Sequence record: OM728297.1
DNA length: 64,000 nucleotides
Reading direction: 5' to 3' (one strand)
The notes under the pieces: model-generated
Database searches by the model: none
Seen by the model: the letters and a program-made list of their open reading frames with translations, nothing else
Told to the model about the DNA's origin: nothing
Shown: in pieces, positions 9,871 to 19,090 of the stretch
How positions within the stretch are numbered: the first letter of the stretch is position 1
Layout of the letters: every line of letters starts with the position of its first letter
Translations under genes and position numbers: made by a program

Positions 9871-9882
9871 AACAATTAATTA
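9871..9882 (+). promoter_or_regulatory. Late-type promoter AACA-N6-TA
   Basis: AACAattaatTA upstream of HD-beta fusion gene. Confidence 0.65.
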
Positions 9883-9908
9883 TAGACTGGATAGGTAGGA
9901 GGATTATT

Positions 9909-11459
9909 ATGTCATTTTTTAAAGGTATTCGGAACATAGAAAGAGTTCAATATGATCTAGTACAATATTGTGACAAGGAATTTGTTCCAAAATTTATAGC
10001 AAGTCAAAATATTGATGAAGATAAATTATATGATACTATTGATTTTAGTTTGCAGTTAGCTGAAAAATTACATTTAGATTATAATATGTGTTTCACTATT
10101 GCAGTAATGCATGATTTTGGTTATATTGAAGAAGATGAAAATAATTTTAATACATTAATGAGCATAAAAGCAGATCAATTTTTGTTAAGATATTTTGATG
10201 GAAGTCAAATGGAGATTATTGAATCTGCTTGTAAAGAACACGATGGTACAAGTAGAGAAACAGGAATATTTACATCTTTATATTCAAAGGTTATTGCAGA
10301 TGCAGATAGGATGTCAATATTGAGAATTGAAGCTATGATTCGTCATTATTGGAAATTCTATTCTAATCAAAAGGCATTCTCTAATACAGATGAACGCCCT
10401 AACAAACTAACAGATAAAGAAATTTTTGATAAGATGTATAGTTTTCTAAAAAAAGAGTATGGTACAATTGTATCAAAAAATAAATTATTGTTAGAAGCAT
10501 CAAGAGAAATGATGAAAGATGAAATAGAGAATTCTAATAAAGTATTAAGCTCTGAAGAAGATACAAAAAGAATGGTTCTACATTTAGCTACTTATGGGGA
10601 AATCCAAATAAATAATGATGGAACGCTTACCGTAGAAAAAATAACTAAAGAGCCAATCAGTGAATCAGATCCTTTTGAATTATTTGAAAAAAATATAAAA
10701 GAGTCAGTAGATGAACAACTACTAGAAGCCGCACCAAAGAATCTATCAAAGAGACAAAAGGTAGAAGATTTAATATATAAGGTACTTTCAATTTTAGATG
10801 ATACTGGAGCTAACTTGAGAAAATATAAAGAGTTCTTTGGTAAAATGAATGATGAACAATTTGATAGATATATGAAAAAATTCCTAAAAGATGAAGATGA
10901 AAATTTTTATCTTGAAATTTTACCTAATAAAAGTGAACCTTCATTAAAGCAAATTAAAAAAGCACTAGATATCTTAAAAGTACCAACTGATGAATATGTA
11001 TATCTTCGACATGATGGTCATAAAAATGATCCTATTAGAACTGCATATAAAGTACCTGTTGGTTATATTACAATTAAGCGAGTACAACAAATTCTAAGTA
11101 AAAAGAATACTTATTCTCTTGATATTGCACAAAGAAACATGAAGAGTGGACAAGTTACAGGTAATGACAAAATTGCCAGAATATCTGATATTGAATCATA
11201 TAGTCTTGTTGCTATAGGAGCTGATAATGCTTTAAAAGAATTTCTTGGTCCAAGAGCAGATAACTCTGTAGCAAAGACAGATATGTATAAAAATATTAAT
11301 TTATATGGATATACTTATCTAAAAGATTTGGGTCATGATATTACTGAAAATCAAACTCTTAATACCATGTATGTATATCTAATGGGTGCTGGATTAGGGA
11401 ATGATTTATTAAAAGAGGATACTAATTTAGAAGAACTATTAGATAAAAAAGGAAAGTGA
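9909..11459 (+). CDS. rpoB: HD-domain / virion RNA polymerase beta C-terminal subunit fusion
   Basis: N-half has MHDFG...EHD...DADR (HD fold); C-half PVGYITIKRVQQ...GQVTGNDKIARISDIESYSL aligns to the beta C-terminal GxxYxxKL...GGQRFGEME region. Confidence 0.8.
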   Translation: MSFFKGIRNIERVQYDLVQYCDKEFVPKFIASQNIDEDKLYDTIDFSLQLAEKLHLDYNMCFTIAVMHDFGYIEEDENNFNTLMSIKADQFLLRYFDGSQMEIIESACKEHDGTSRETGIFTSLYSKVIADADRMSILRIEAMIRHYWKFYSNQKAFSNTDERPNKLTDKEIFDKMYSFLKKEYGTIVSKNKLLLEASREMMKDEIENSNKVLSSEEDTKRMVLHLATYGEIQINNDGTLTVEKITKEPISESDPFELFEKNIKESVDEQLLEAAPKNLSKRQKVEDLIYKVLSILDDTGANLRKYKEFFGKMNDEQFDRYMKKFLKDEDENFYLEILPNKSEPSLKQIKKALDILKVPTDEYVYLRHDGHKNDPIRTAYKVPVGYITIKRVQQILSKKNTYSLDIAQRNMKSGQVTGNDKIARISDIESYSLVAIGADNALKEFLGPRADNSVAKTDMYKNINLYGYTYLKDLGHDITENQTLNTMYVYLMGAGLGNDLLKEDTNLEELLDKKGK

Positions 11460-11463
11460 TATT

Positions 11464-12468
11464 ATGGAGAATAAAAGTAAAAACAATCCCCTTGAGATAA
11501 AAGGGGATTTTGTTTCATTAGCAGAAAATTTAAAATCATTTTTTTCTAAAGAATTAAAGGAAAATATTATTATTGATAAAGATAATATGCTATTAGAATA
11601 TGATTCAAATTTTGAGAAAGAATATTCATTCCCCTCAATCAAAATTGTAGAATCCAATAATAAATTAGTTGAAAGTAAATTTAAACAAATAGAATCTAGA
11701 CTAAAAGAAAATTATCAATTTACTAATTATGATCTAAATATAGATGAGGATAAATCAAATAATATAAAGTATATTAGCCACCATTACAATTTAAAGGAAA
11801 ATAAAAATGTTATCTTATCTATAAACATGATTAAGGATAATACGAGATATGATAAAATTATTGAGAGTATTAATATAAGCCTAGTATTTAGTAATCCTGT
11901 TATTACTGAAACTACGCATTTGGGAATCACAAAAACTAATATTTTAGAAGAAGATTTGTTAATGGAATCAGTATTTAAAAGAAATAAATATAATAATGAA
12001 TTAGAGAATATGGATCGAATAATGCGAATTAATAGTATCTCTACTGTTAACTTATTAAATGTTTTTGATAGTAAATTAGTTAGCATGTTAGAAAGAAGAT
12101 TTGGAACTTCTTTAAATGGAAATAAAGAATATTACACTACTTACAAAAAATCTTATGAAAAGGATCTTTTATTAAGACATTTTGTAGGAGAATATAATAA
12201 ATTAGTAAACAACAAAGCACTACCAAAGCATATTAGTTTTGCTTTCTCAGGACTGTTATATAAGGGACAAATGTACCCATTATTAATTTCTATTAATAAT
12301 AATATTAATAGGGTGATTGGAGTTTACTGTTTCTTATTAAGTCCAGATACTGAAAATGAGGGTGTTTATCAGATAGGAAAAGCTGAATTATATCACTCAC
12401 CAGTTGATTCACTAGCAAGTGATATATTAAAAGTACGTAAAGTTCTTAAGTGTTCATATTTTGGATAA
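11464..12468 (+). CDS. Hypothetical protein, possible virion component
   Basis: 334 aa, follows beta-C gene; several L-x-E motifs. Confidence 0.7.
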   Translation: MENKSKNNPLEIKGDFVSLAENLKSFFSKELKENIIIDKDNMLLEYDSNFEKEYSFPSIKIVESNNKLVESKFKQIESRLKENYQFTNYDLNIDEDKSNNIKYISHHYNLKENKNVILSINMIKDNTRYDKIIESINISLVFSNPVITETTHLGITKTNILEEDLLMESVFKRNKYNNELENMDRIMRINSISTVNLLNVFDSKLVSMLERRFGTSLNGNKEYYTTYKKSYEKDLLLRHFVGEYNKLVNNKALPKHISFAFSGLLYKGQMYPLLISINNNINRVIGVYCFLLSPDTENEGVYQIGKAELYHSPVDSLASDILKVRKVLKCSYFG

Positions 12469-12474
12469 ATAAAT

Positions 12475-12518
12475 AATGGAATATCATACGGTTTAACAGC
12501 CAAATATGATATTCCATT
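12475..12518 (+). terminator. Hairpin terminator
   Basis: 14-bp IR aatggaatatcata/tatgatattccatt. Confidence 0.65.
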
Positions 12519-12523
12519 TATTA

Positions 12524-12535
12524 AACAAATAATTA
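12524..12535 (+). promoter_or_regulatory. Late-type promoter AACA-N6-TA
   Basis: AACAaataatTA. Confidence 0.55.
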
Positions 12536-12578
12536 ATTTCCACTAAACTATTATTATGAAAGGGGTAGAACATGAGAA

Positions 12579-13529
12579 ATGAAGAACAAGAGAGCAAAAA
12601 GAACTCTAAATGTGTTCTCTGTTCTAGTATTTGCATTTTTATTATTACTCCTAATGGGAAGTAATTATGTCATCAATCTAGCTAATACTAGTTCTGAGAA
12701 AATAAGCTCTGCTATAGAAAATCAGAACCGACAGCATGCTAGGAGTAATCTCTTATATTTTAACGATAAATTAACAAGGGATTACGAGAACGGTAAATTA
12801 GATGTTACCAATCCAAAACAACTAGAGAAATGGGCTACTGATAATTTAAGAACAGTAAAATCAGATTCAACATTTAATAATTTTGCTGTAATTGAAGTTG
12901 AATATAGCAAAGCAAGTAAAGAGTATATTGGTAATTATATTTGGCGTGCATCTCCACAAAATATTGATAATGGTCTAGGATATATGACTACCTATGATAT
13001 CATTGTTAATCAAGAGAAAGCCAGAGTCTTCTTTTCCAATAATAAAGATATTGGTGGAAAATATCCATTTATTTCTTATAATTTAATTAAGAATTCCTAT
13101 AAAGGAAAGATCAGCGACCTAATTAAAGAAGAAATCATTAGATATAAAAATCCAGATGAAGTCCAAGATACCTTAAATGCTATGTATGAAGGATCAGTAA
13201 GTGGCAACAATGATAATTACACTTGGAAATATAATAATGGTAAAGAAAGCTTTATTGAATGGACAACAGTTCCTTTAGAATCTACTATTGGACTGAATGA
13301 TGAACCAAAAAATAAACGTGGATTAATAAATCCTAACTATAAAAGAATTATTATAGCATGTTCAGTTGATAAAGATTATGTTAACCAACCATTTAAGAAA
13401 CAAATAACAGATCTAGAACACTTTAAAGAGTGCGTTTTAATAGGAGTTAGTTTGTTTGTATTTCTCTCTATTGGTTTAATTCTCTATTTTACTTGGCTGA
13501 TTTGCTACAATAATAACCACAAAAAATAA
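12579..13529 (+). CDS. Membrane protein: TM - ~260-aa extracytoplasmic domain - TM
   Basis: Hydrophobic helices at residues ~10-30 and ~285-308 with basic termini. Confidence 0.75.
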   Translation: MKNKRAKRTLNVFSVLVFAFLLLLLMGSNYVINLANTSSEKISSAIENQNRQHARSNLLYFNDKLTRDYENGKLDVTNPKQLEKWATDNLRTVKSDSTFNNFAVIEVEYSKASKEYIGNYIWRASPQNIDNGLGYMTTYDIIVNQEKARVFFSNNKDIGGKYPFISYNLIKNSYKGKISDLIKEEIIRYKNPDEVQDTLNAMYEGSVSGNNDNYTWKYNNGKESFIEWTTVPLESTIGLNDEPKNKRGLINPNYKRIIIACSVDKDYVNQPFKKQITDLEHFKECVLIGVSLFVFLSIGLILYFTWLICYNNNHKK

Positions 13530-13542
13530 AAGAAAAGGAGCA

Positions 13543-13953
13543 TTGATAACCATGCCTAACCATACTGATGACACAATTGTCAGAATCTTATGGGTGGTAG
13601 TGATTAGCTTCTTTTCCGCATTCGCCAAGGAACTTAATGATCGTGCCAAAAACCCTAAAGAAACGTTTCTCTTATTTCTGAGTGAGGTTCTTCTAAACGG
13701 TGTTTGTGGTGCGATCACTGGAGTTCTAGCATTTAACCTCACGGATAATATCTATACAATATCTGCTATTTCCGCAATCGGAGGATTAATGGGAATGAAC
13801 CTCATCAAATACATTACTAAGCTTGGCATTGTTTATGTTGCGGCATTGAGAAATATAAACGTAGATGATCTTAGTAAAATTAATTTAGATGATGAAAAGC
13901 CTAGCGAAGAAGAAAAGAAAGAGAACACTACAGAAGAAAAAAGGGAATCCTAA
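13543..13953 (+). CDS. Putative holin (LydA-like / superfamily III)
   Basis: Three short TM segments, GxxG-rich, highly charged C-tail; SD AAGGAG; start TTG 13543 or ATG 13552. Confidence 0.65.
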   Translation: MITMPNHTDDTIVRILWVVVISFFSAFAKELNDRAKNPKETFLLFLSEVLLNGVCGAITGVLAFNLTDNIYTISAISAIGGLMGMNLIKYITKLGIVYVAALRNINVDDLSKINLDDEKPSEEEKKENTTEEKRES

Positions 13954-14004
13954 GATAATTAAAGAAGAATAGTCTAATAACTCACTGTTCTTCTTTGAAT
14001 TATC
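13954..14004 (+). terminator. Hairpin terminator
   Basis: aaagaagaatagt/actgttcttcttt stem extended by gataatt/aattatc. Confidence 0.65.
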
Positions 14005-14144
14005 ATGGCATGAGTTATAATGCTTCTTTTATGTTTTAATTTTATTACTTTTAAGTTATTATTTTAATATAAGAATAAAATTATACTGTACAGTATAATT
14101 TTTCAATTGCATTTAATTGTCATTACCTTAAATGAAATATAAGA

Positions 14145-14153
14145 ATATATTAT
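14145..14153 (+). promoter_or_regulatory. Early-type promoter motif ATATATTAT
   Basis: ~30 nt before ATG 14186. Confidence 0.65.
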
Positions 14154-14185
14154 TAATTTGTATATTTTATTAAGGAGGACATTAA

Positions 14186-15832
14186 ATGTCATATATTGAA
14201 ATCGATAAAGAATTTTTTATTAATAATATTCAGCCAGAGTTTGAAACTGATTCAGAAATTAATATTCAGGGTAGATCTAAACTTAGATATGGTGCATCAA
14301 TGTTAGAATTAAATCCAAATTCACTAGAATGGGATGACTTAGAAAAAATATATGATATTGCTCAGAATAAAGGCAATAGGTCTATTATGATGCAAGTTTC
14401 AGCGATTAAGAATTTAATCTCTGACTTTGAAGGAGCTAAGATAGCTAATTTAAGAGCACTTGCAATTGCACTACCTTCATACTTTAGTGATAATTTAATT
14501 GATGGATGGATTTATTCTTTAGATAGAAAAAATAATCCAATTACAGTTGATCCATATTTAATTACAGATATTCGCTACTATCCTCCTAAAAAGGATGATC
14601 CAGCGTCTGTTTCTATTAGATTAGTTGCTAATTCACCTCGTCAAAGTAGCCGCGATAAACGTTATACACGTAGTATTTATTTTGATAGTAGTGATATTAG
14701 AGGGAAAACAATTCCTCAAATACTGGCAAAAGAGAATCTGTTTCATGAAACAGAGGAACTAAAAAATATCTATCTAGAACAATTAGAATTATTTAATAAA
14801 TATCAACCTCAAAAAACGAAGCAATTTTTAATTTCAGGGAAAAGCTATGAAACATCAGGAGGAAGTTATTCTTCAGACTATTATTTTAATTCTAATGGTT
14901 ATATAGACATAGCAACTAAAAATAGATTTATTAATGATGAAGGAATAATTAAACGAGTTTTTAATGAAGAGTATGATCCTTATTACTGGAGAAACGAAGC
15001 AGGAGTGGAAGAAAAATTTGATAGAATTCCACAACATTGCTATATTTTTGGTTTTAACTTAGATACACATAAATATACATGGGTACATGCTACTAATATG
15101 AAACCATATGAATACGACACTGGTCTAAGAGATAAGCTAATACTCCCTCAACGACATAAGGATTTAATTGACATTCTAGTAAGTGATCTTGATATTCTTA
15201 AAGAAGATATAATTGAAGGTAAATCCGGTGGAACTACCATATTAGCTACAGGTAAACCGGGACTTGGTAAGACTCTTTCAGCAGAAATTTATTCTGAAGC
15301 AATTGAAAAACCACTTTATAAAGTTCATTCAGGACAATTAGGATTGAGCTCAAAAGATGTTCAAGAAAATCTAGAAGTAATATTAAAGAGAGCTTCACGT
15401 TGGGGAGCAATTGTATTATTAGATGAAGCTGATGTTTTTATTAGAGAAAGAGGAAATGATTTACAACAAAATGCTGTTGTTGCAAGCTTCTTAAGAACAC
15501 TGGAATACTTTGATGGTATTTTATTTATGACAACTAACAGGGAATTTGATGTAGATGATGCTATTAAATCAAGATGTATTGCTGTTATTAGATATGAAAC
15601 ACCTTCTGAAGAAGATGCTAAAAAAATATGGAAAGTATTATCTACTCAATTAGAAGTAAACCTTAGTGATGAATTAATTGATCAGTTAGTTCTTAAATTC
15701 CCAGAAGCATCAGGACGTGATATTAAAGAACTATTAAAACTTACATCAAGATTTGCCAAAGGAAAAAATGAAGAAATCTCATTAGAACTGTTTAGACAGT
15801 GTGCTCAATTTAGAGCTATTAAAATCAAATAG
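14186..15832 (+). CDS. AAA+ ATPase
   Basis: GKPGLGKT Walker A, LLDEAD Walker B, TTNR sensor 1, SRC arginine finger. Confidence 0.9.
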   Translation: MSYIEIDKEFFINNIQPEFETDSEINIQGRSKLRYGASMLELNPNSLEWDDLEKIYDIAQNKGNRSIMMQVSAIKNLISDFEGAKIANLRALAIALPSYFSDNLIDGWIYSLDRKNNPITVDPYLITDIRYYPPKKDDPASVSIRLVANSPRQSSRDKRYTRSIYFDSSDIRGKTIPQILAKENLFHETEELKNIYLEQLELFNKYQPQKTKQFLISGKSYETSGGSYSSDYYFNSNGYIDIATKNRFINDEGIIKRVFNEEYDPYYWRNEAGVEEKFDRIPQHCYIFGFNLDTHKYTWVHATNMKPYEYDTGLRDKLILPQRHKDLIDILVSDLDILKEDIIEGKSGGTTILATGKPGLGKTLSAEIYSEAIEKPLYKVHSGQLGLSSKDVQENLEVILKRASRWGAIVLLDEADVFIRERGNDLQQNAVVASFLRTLEYFDGILFMTTNREFDVDDAIKSRCIAVIRYETPSEEDAKKIWKVLSTQLEVNLSDELIDQLVLKFPEASGRDIKELLKLTSRFAKGKNEEISLELFRQCAQFRAIKIK

Positions 15833-15840
15833 AAGGAGTT

Positions 15841-16179
15841 ATGATAATGGGTAATATTCTTACTGAAATAAAAGCATTTGATACTAATTATATACAAAAA
15901 GGTGATGCTATTAAAATTATTTCACCTGAAATTTTCTCTAAATTAGGTGTTAATAATAGGAATGCGATAATTTCCGAAATTAAAGATAATGGTCAGGAGC
16001 TAGTGTGCTTTTTTGTATCTGATACGTATGTAAATACTTCTCCTTTTGGGGTTATCTTTAATGGTGATAATTACAAAATTTTATCAATTAGAATAAATGT
16101 TAAAGATGTAGTCAATAATATGATTATGGTTGAAAAATTAATTCCTGAAGAAGTTCCACAATCAAGTGAAATTTTATAA
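15841..16179 (+). CDS. Hypothetical protein
   Basis: SD AAGGAG. Confidence 0.65.
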   Translation: MIMGNILTEIKAFDTNYIQKGDAIKIISPEIFSKLGVNNRNAIISEIKDNGQELVCFFVSDTYVNTSPFGVIFNGDNYKILSIRINVKDVVNNMIMVEKLIPEEVPQSSEIL

Positions 16180-16186
16180 TATAAAT

Positions 16187-16223
16187 AAAGAATGAAATAG
16201 CTAATAATGCTATTTCATTCTTT
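16187..16223 (+). terminator. Hairpin terminator
   Basis: 15-bp perfect IR. Confidence 0.7.
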
Positions 16224-16247
16224 AAATAACTTTAAAGGAGTAACATA

Positions 16248-16706
16248 ATGGAAAATTTATGGGAAATGAATGATGAAATAGAAACTTTAAAAGATTCAGA
16301 TAATAATGAATATCTCTATCATATTACTGATAAAAACAATTTAGAAAAAATAATGAAAGATGGGCTTGATCCAACATCTAAAAAAGTAACAATAAATGAA
16401 CAGAATCTAATTTATCTTACATCAGACTATAATTTTATAATCGAAAATGATGATGAATTTTGGAGGAATGATTTAGTATTATTAAAAGTAATTATTAATG
16501 GAATTAAAGATAATTTAGAACCAGATTATGAGTATGATGTAGGTTTAGACATTAATGGTAATCCCTACCCAATTAAAGCTGTAACTTATGATAAAAAGAT
16601 TGATTCTAAGAGAATTTCAATTATTGGGGAACTTGAATTATACCCATTAGAAAATGTACCTTTTCCTATGTATCATGGAAAAATCAAAAATAAAGGGGAT
16701 ATGTAG
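16248..16706 (+). CDS. ADP-ribosyltransferase-fold protein (Tpt1/DarT-like motif pattern)
   Basis: YLYHIT..NL..I...GL.P, IYLT, VLLKV pattern. Confidence 0.55.
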   Translation: MENLWEMNDEIETLKDSDNNEYLYHITDKNNLEKIMKDGLDPTSKKVTINEQNLIYLTSDYNFIIENDDEFWRNDLVLLKVIINGIKDNLEPDYEYDVGLDINGNPYPIKAVTYDKKIDSKRISIIGELELYPLENVPFPMYHGKIKNKGDM

Positions 16707-16708
16707 AA

Positions 16709-16966
16709 ATGGCAAATAACTATACAGGTTACACAAGTGAATTTGGTTTGTTACTATATTCAAATAAAAAATATAATAGAAAAAATGTATTTAAAAGATT
16801 AAGATGTAAACATGATGTAATTACAAGAGATAGATGGGTAGAAGCAGGTTTCTATCCAACAGATTATAGCGTTTATTATTGTGAAAAGTGTGGAAAAATC
16901 AAAAATATTAAAAAATGGAGTGGTGAAAAGAGAAAATTAAAATTTGGTAGAATAAGGGAAATATAA
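16709..16966 (+). CDS. Small hypothetical protein (C/H...CxxC)
   Basis: RCKH and CEKC motifs. Confidence 0.65.
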   Translation: MANNYTGYTSEFGLLLYSNKKYNRKNVFKRLRCKHDVITRDRWVEAGFYPTDYSVYYCEKCGKIKNIKKWSGEKRKLKFGRIREI

Positions 16967-17028
16967 TAAAATAGATTTCCCTTCTCTTATGTATTCTCTT
17001 TTTAATAGAAAAAATTTAGAGAATTCCT

Positions 17029-17040
17029 AACAAGTAATTG
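17029..17040 (+). promoter_or_regulatory. Late-type promoter AACA-N6-TG
   Basis: AACAagtaatTG upstream of recA. Confidence 0.55.
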
Positions 17041-17074
17041 AAAATCTTGTTATACATGAGAGGGGAAATTCATA

Positions 17075-18334
17075 ATGTCAATCTTAACCGAAGAAATGCG
17101 TAAAATTATTAGTAAAGAAAAAATTGGAGAAGAAAATACTTATACTCCTGCATATAGAACTGGAATTGATCTTTTTGATTATCGTAACGGTCGTAGAGAA
17201 AGTGGTACTAAGAAGATTGGTATTGATGGTGGAAAGGTTCTTACAGTTGTAGGTAAATCAGGTACAGGTAAATCAACTCTTGCTATTGAGTTTGCCAGTA
17301 GTATTGTTGAACCATATAAAGAAGGACAAGTTTATCATTTGGATTTTGAACGTGCATCAACTTTATCACGTATTCAAACTATTACTGGTTGGTCAGATGA
17401 AAAAGTTAAAGAAAAATGGATTCTATTGAATCGTGGTATCTACAGTGAAAGTTTATATCAATTAGTTAAATCACTAGCTAAAATTAAGCTTGAAAAATTT
17501 GAAGAATTGGCTTTAGATACAAATGAAGTTGATTTACATGGAAATGATGTAAGAGTTCTTCCTCCAACAGTTATCTTACTTGACTCTTGGGCTACTCAAA
17601 TGCCTAAAAGTATCTCTGAGGAAGAAAAACTATCAGGTTCTATGTCAGCAACATCTATTGCTAAGACAAATAATGCTATTATTAAACGTATTATGGGTGA
17701 TCTTGAACAAGCAAATATTATCCTGATTATTATTAACCATATTACTCAAAAAATTGAAATTAACCCAATGGTTAAAACTCAGGCTCAAGTTAACTACTTC
17801 AAACAAGATGAATCTATTCCTGGAGGAACTTCTTGTATTTATCTTGCTAATACTCTTTTGAAACTTGTTTCTTCAAGTAAATTAGAGCCAGATAAAGAGT
17901 TTGGAATTAAAGGATTTAAAGTAAATGGTGAGTTAATCAAATCACGTTCTAATAGTGCTGGTAATAAATTTGAGATGGTATTCGACCAAGAAAAAGGTTT
18001 TGATAATGTTCTTACTAACTATCTTCTACTTAAATCTAGTGGTGCTATTGGTGGAGCAGGTAGAGGTTTCTATCTTAATACCCTTCCAGATGTAAAATTC
18101 TCTCAAAAAACAGTTAAAGAAAAGTATGAAACTGTTCCAGAATTTAAAGCTGAATTTGATCGTTTAGTTGAAGAGATTATGGAAGAATTCTTGTCTGGGA
18201 TTGATTTATCAGAAGATAATCTTACATTGGAAGAAAATATTGAAGGTAACATTTGGAGAGCTAGTGACGGTCAATATTATAAATTTGATGAAGAAACTGA
18301 GGAAGTTGAATTAATTGAAAATTACGGAAAATAA
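17075..18334 (+). CDS. recA: RecA/UvsX-like recombinase
   Basis: GKSGTGKS Walker A, LDFE, ILLDSW Walker B, INH, PGG, KSR motifs. Confidence 0.9.
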   Translation: MSILTEEMRKIISKEKIGEENTYTPAYRTGIDLFDYRNGRRESGTKKIGIDGGKVLTVVGKSGTGKSTLAIEFASSIVEPYKEGQVYHLDFERASTLSRIQTITGWSDEKVKEKWILLNRGIYSESLYQLVKSLAKIKLEKFEELALDTNEVDLHGNDVRVLPPTVILLDSWATQMPKSISEEEKLSGSMSATSIAKTNNAIIKRIMGDLEQANIILIIINHITQKIEINPMVKTQAQVNYFKQDESIPGGTSCIYLANTLLKLVSSSKLEPDKEFGIKGFKVNGELIKSRSNSAGNKFEMVFDQEKGFDNVLTNYLLLKSSGAIGGAGRGFYLNTLPDVKFSQKTVKEKYETVPEFKAEFDRLVEEIMEEFLSGIDLSEDNLTLEENIEGNIWRASDGQYYKFDEETEEVELIENYGK

Positions 18335-18341
18335 TCTTAAG

Positions 18342-18381
18342 ATGAGAATAGTGTAAATTACACTATTCTCATTATCTTTTT
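18342..18381 (+). terminator. Hairpin terminator
   Basis: atgagaatagtgtaa/ttacactattctcat IR then T-rich run. Confidence 0.7.
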
Positions 18382-18399
18382 CCAATTTATTTTTTAGAT

Positions 18400-18408
18400 A
18401 TATATTAT
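18400..18408 (+). promoter_or_regulatory. Early-type promoter motif ATATATTAT
   Basis: Upstream of operon containing nvRNAP beta-C. Confidence 0.65.
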
Positions 18409-18467
18409 AAAAAAGAATTCTCATTATCTAAAGGGAATGAAAAAGTCTATATCAGACAAATAAAAAT

Positions 18468-18496
18468 TTGCTTTTTATTAAAAAATATGTTATAAT
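18468..18496 (+). promoter_or_regulatory. Host sigma-A-like promoter (TTGCTT-17-TATAAT, extended -10 TG)
   Basis: Exact 17-nt spacer and TGnTATAAT. Confidence 0.45.
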
Positions 18497-18514
18497 AAAA
18501 GGAGGAAAATTTAA

Positions 18515-18907
18515 ATGAAAGTTGTAAAAAGCATAGTGAATGTAGCAATTCAACCAGAAAGTGTAGATTATATGAATAATTTATTTTCTTGTTATACAGA
18601 AGAAAATAATGTTCCACACCGTTTAACTATTAATAATCCAGTTATTCATATGTATCCAAAAGAAGATACATATGGTGAAGATGGAAAATTATATGGTTTT
18701 ATTGATGTATTGAGGTTTACAGTAGATATCTATGACTCAGAGAAGAAAATAGTTTATAGAGATAATCGATTAAGAGATGTTATCAAAACAAATGATAGTA
18801 AAATCAAAAATATTTCTTACTTCAAAGATCTTAGTACTATGATATCCTTTGATGGTAAACATATGTTGCTTCCAAATTATATAGAACTATTAGTAGAAAA
18901 AATATAG
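18515..18907 (+). CDS. Hypothetical protein
   Basis: SD AAGGAGG. Confidence 0.75.
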   Translation: MKVVKSIVNVAIQPESVDYMNNLFSCYTEENNVPHRLTINNPVIHMYPKEDTYGEDGKLYGFIDVLRFTVDIYDSEKKIVYRDNRLRDVIKTNDSKIKNISYFKDLSTMISFDGKHMLLPNYIELLVEKI

Positions 18908-18918
18908 GAGTTATCATA

Positions 18919-19056
18919 ATGTTAATACAACCAGTCAGCCCTGTCCTACCCATTTATAATAATAAATTAAAAGATAAATTCTTAAAAAATAAAAAGAATG
19001 AAGAACAAAAGAATGATTTAATATTTAAAGATATTTTAGAGAAATATATGCAATAA
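18919..19056 (+). CDS. Small hypothetical protein (45 aa, not in ORF track)
   Basis: SD AGGAG, MLIQPVSPVLP...EKYMQ*. Confidence 0.55.
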   Translation: MLIQPVSPVLPIYNNKLKDKFLKNKKNEEQKNDLIFKDILEKYMQ

Positions 19057-19090
19057 GTTAAGGAATTACATACAACTAGGAGGAATATAA

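Noticed and set aside
18366-18430. Direct repeat ATTCTCATTATCT flanking the early promoter
   Set aside because: One copy is part of the terminator arm; low-complexity AT-rich context with only two copies.
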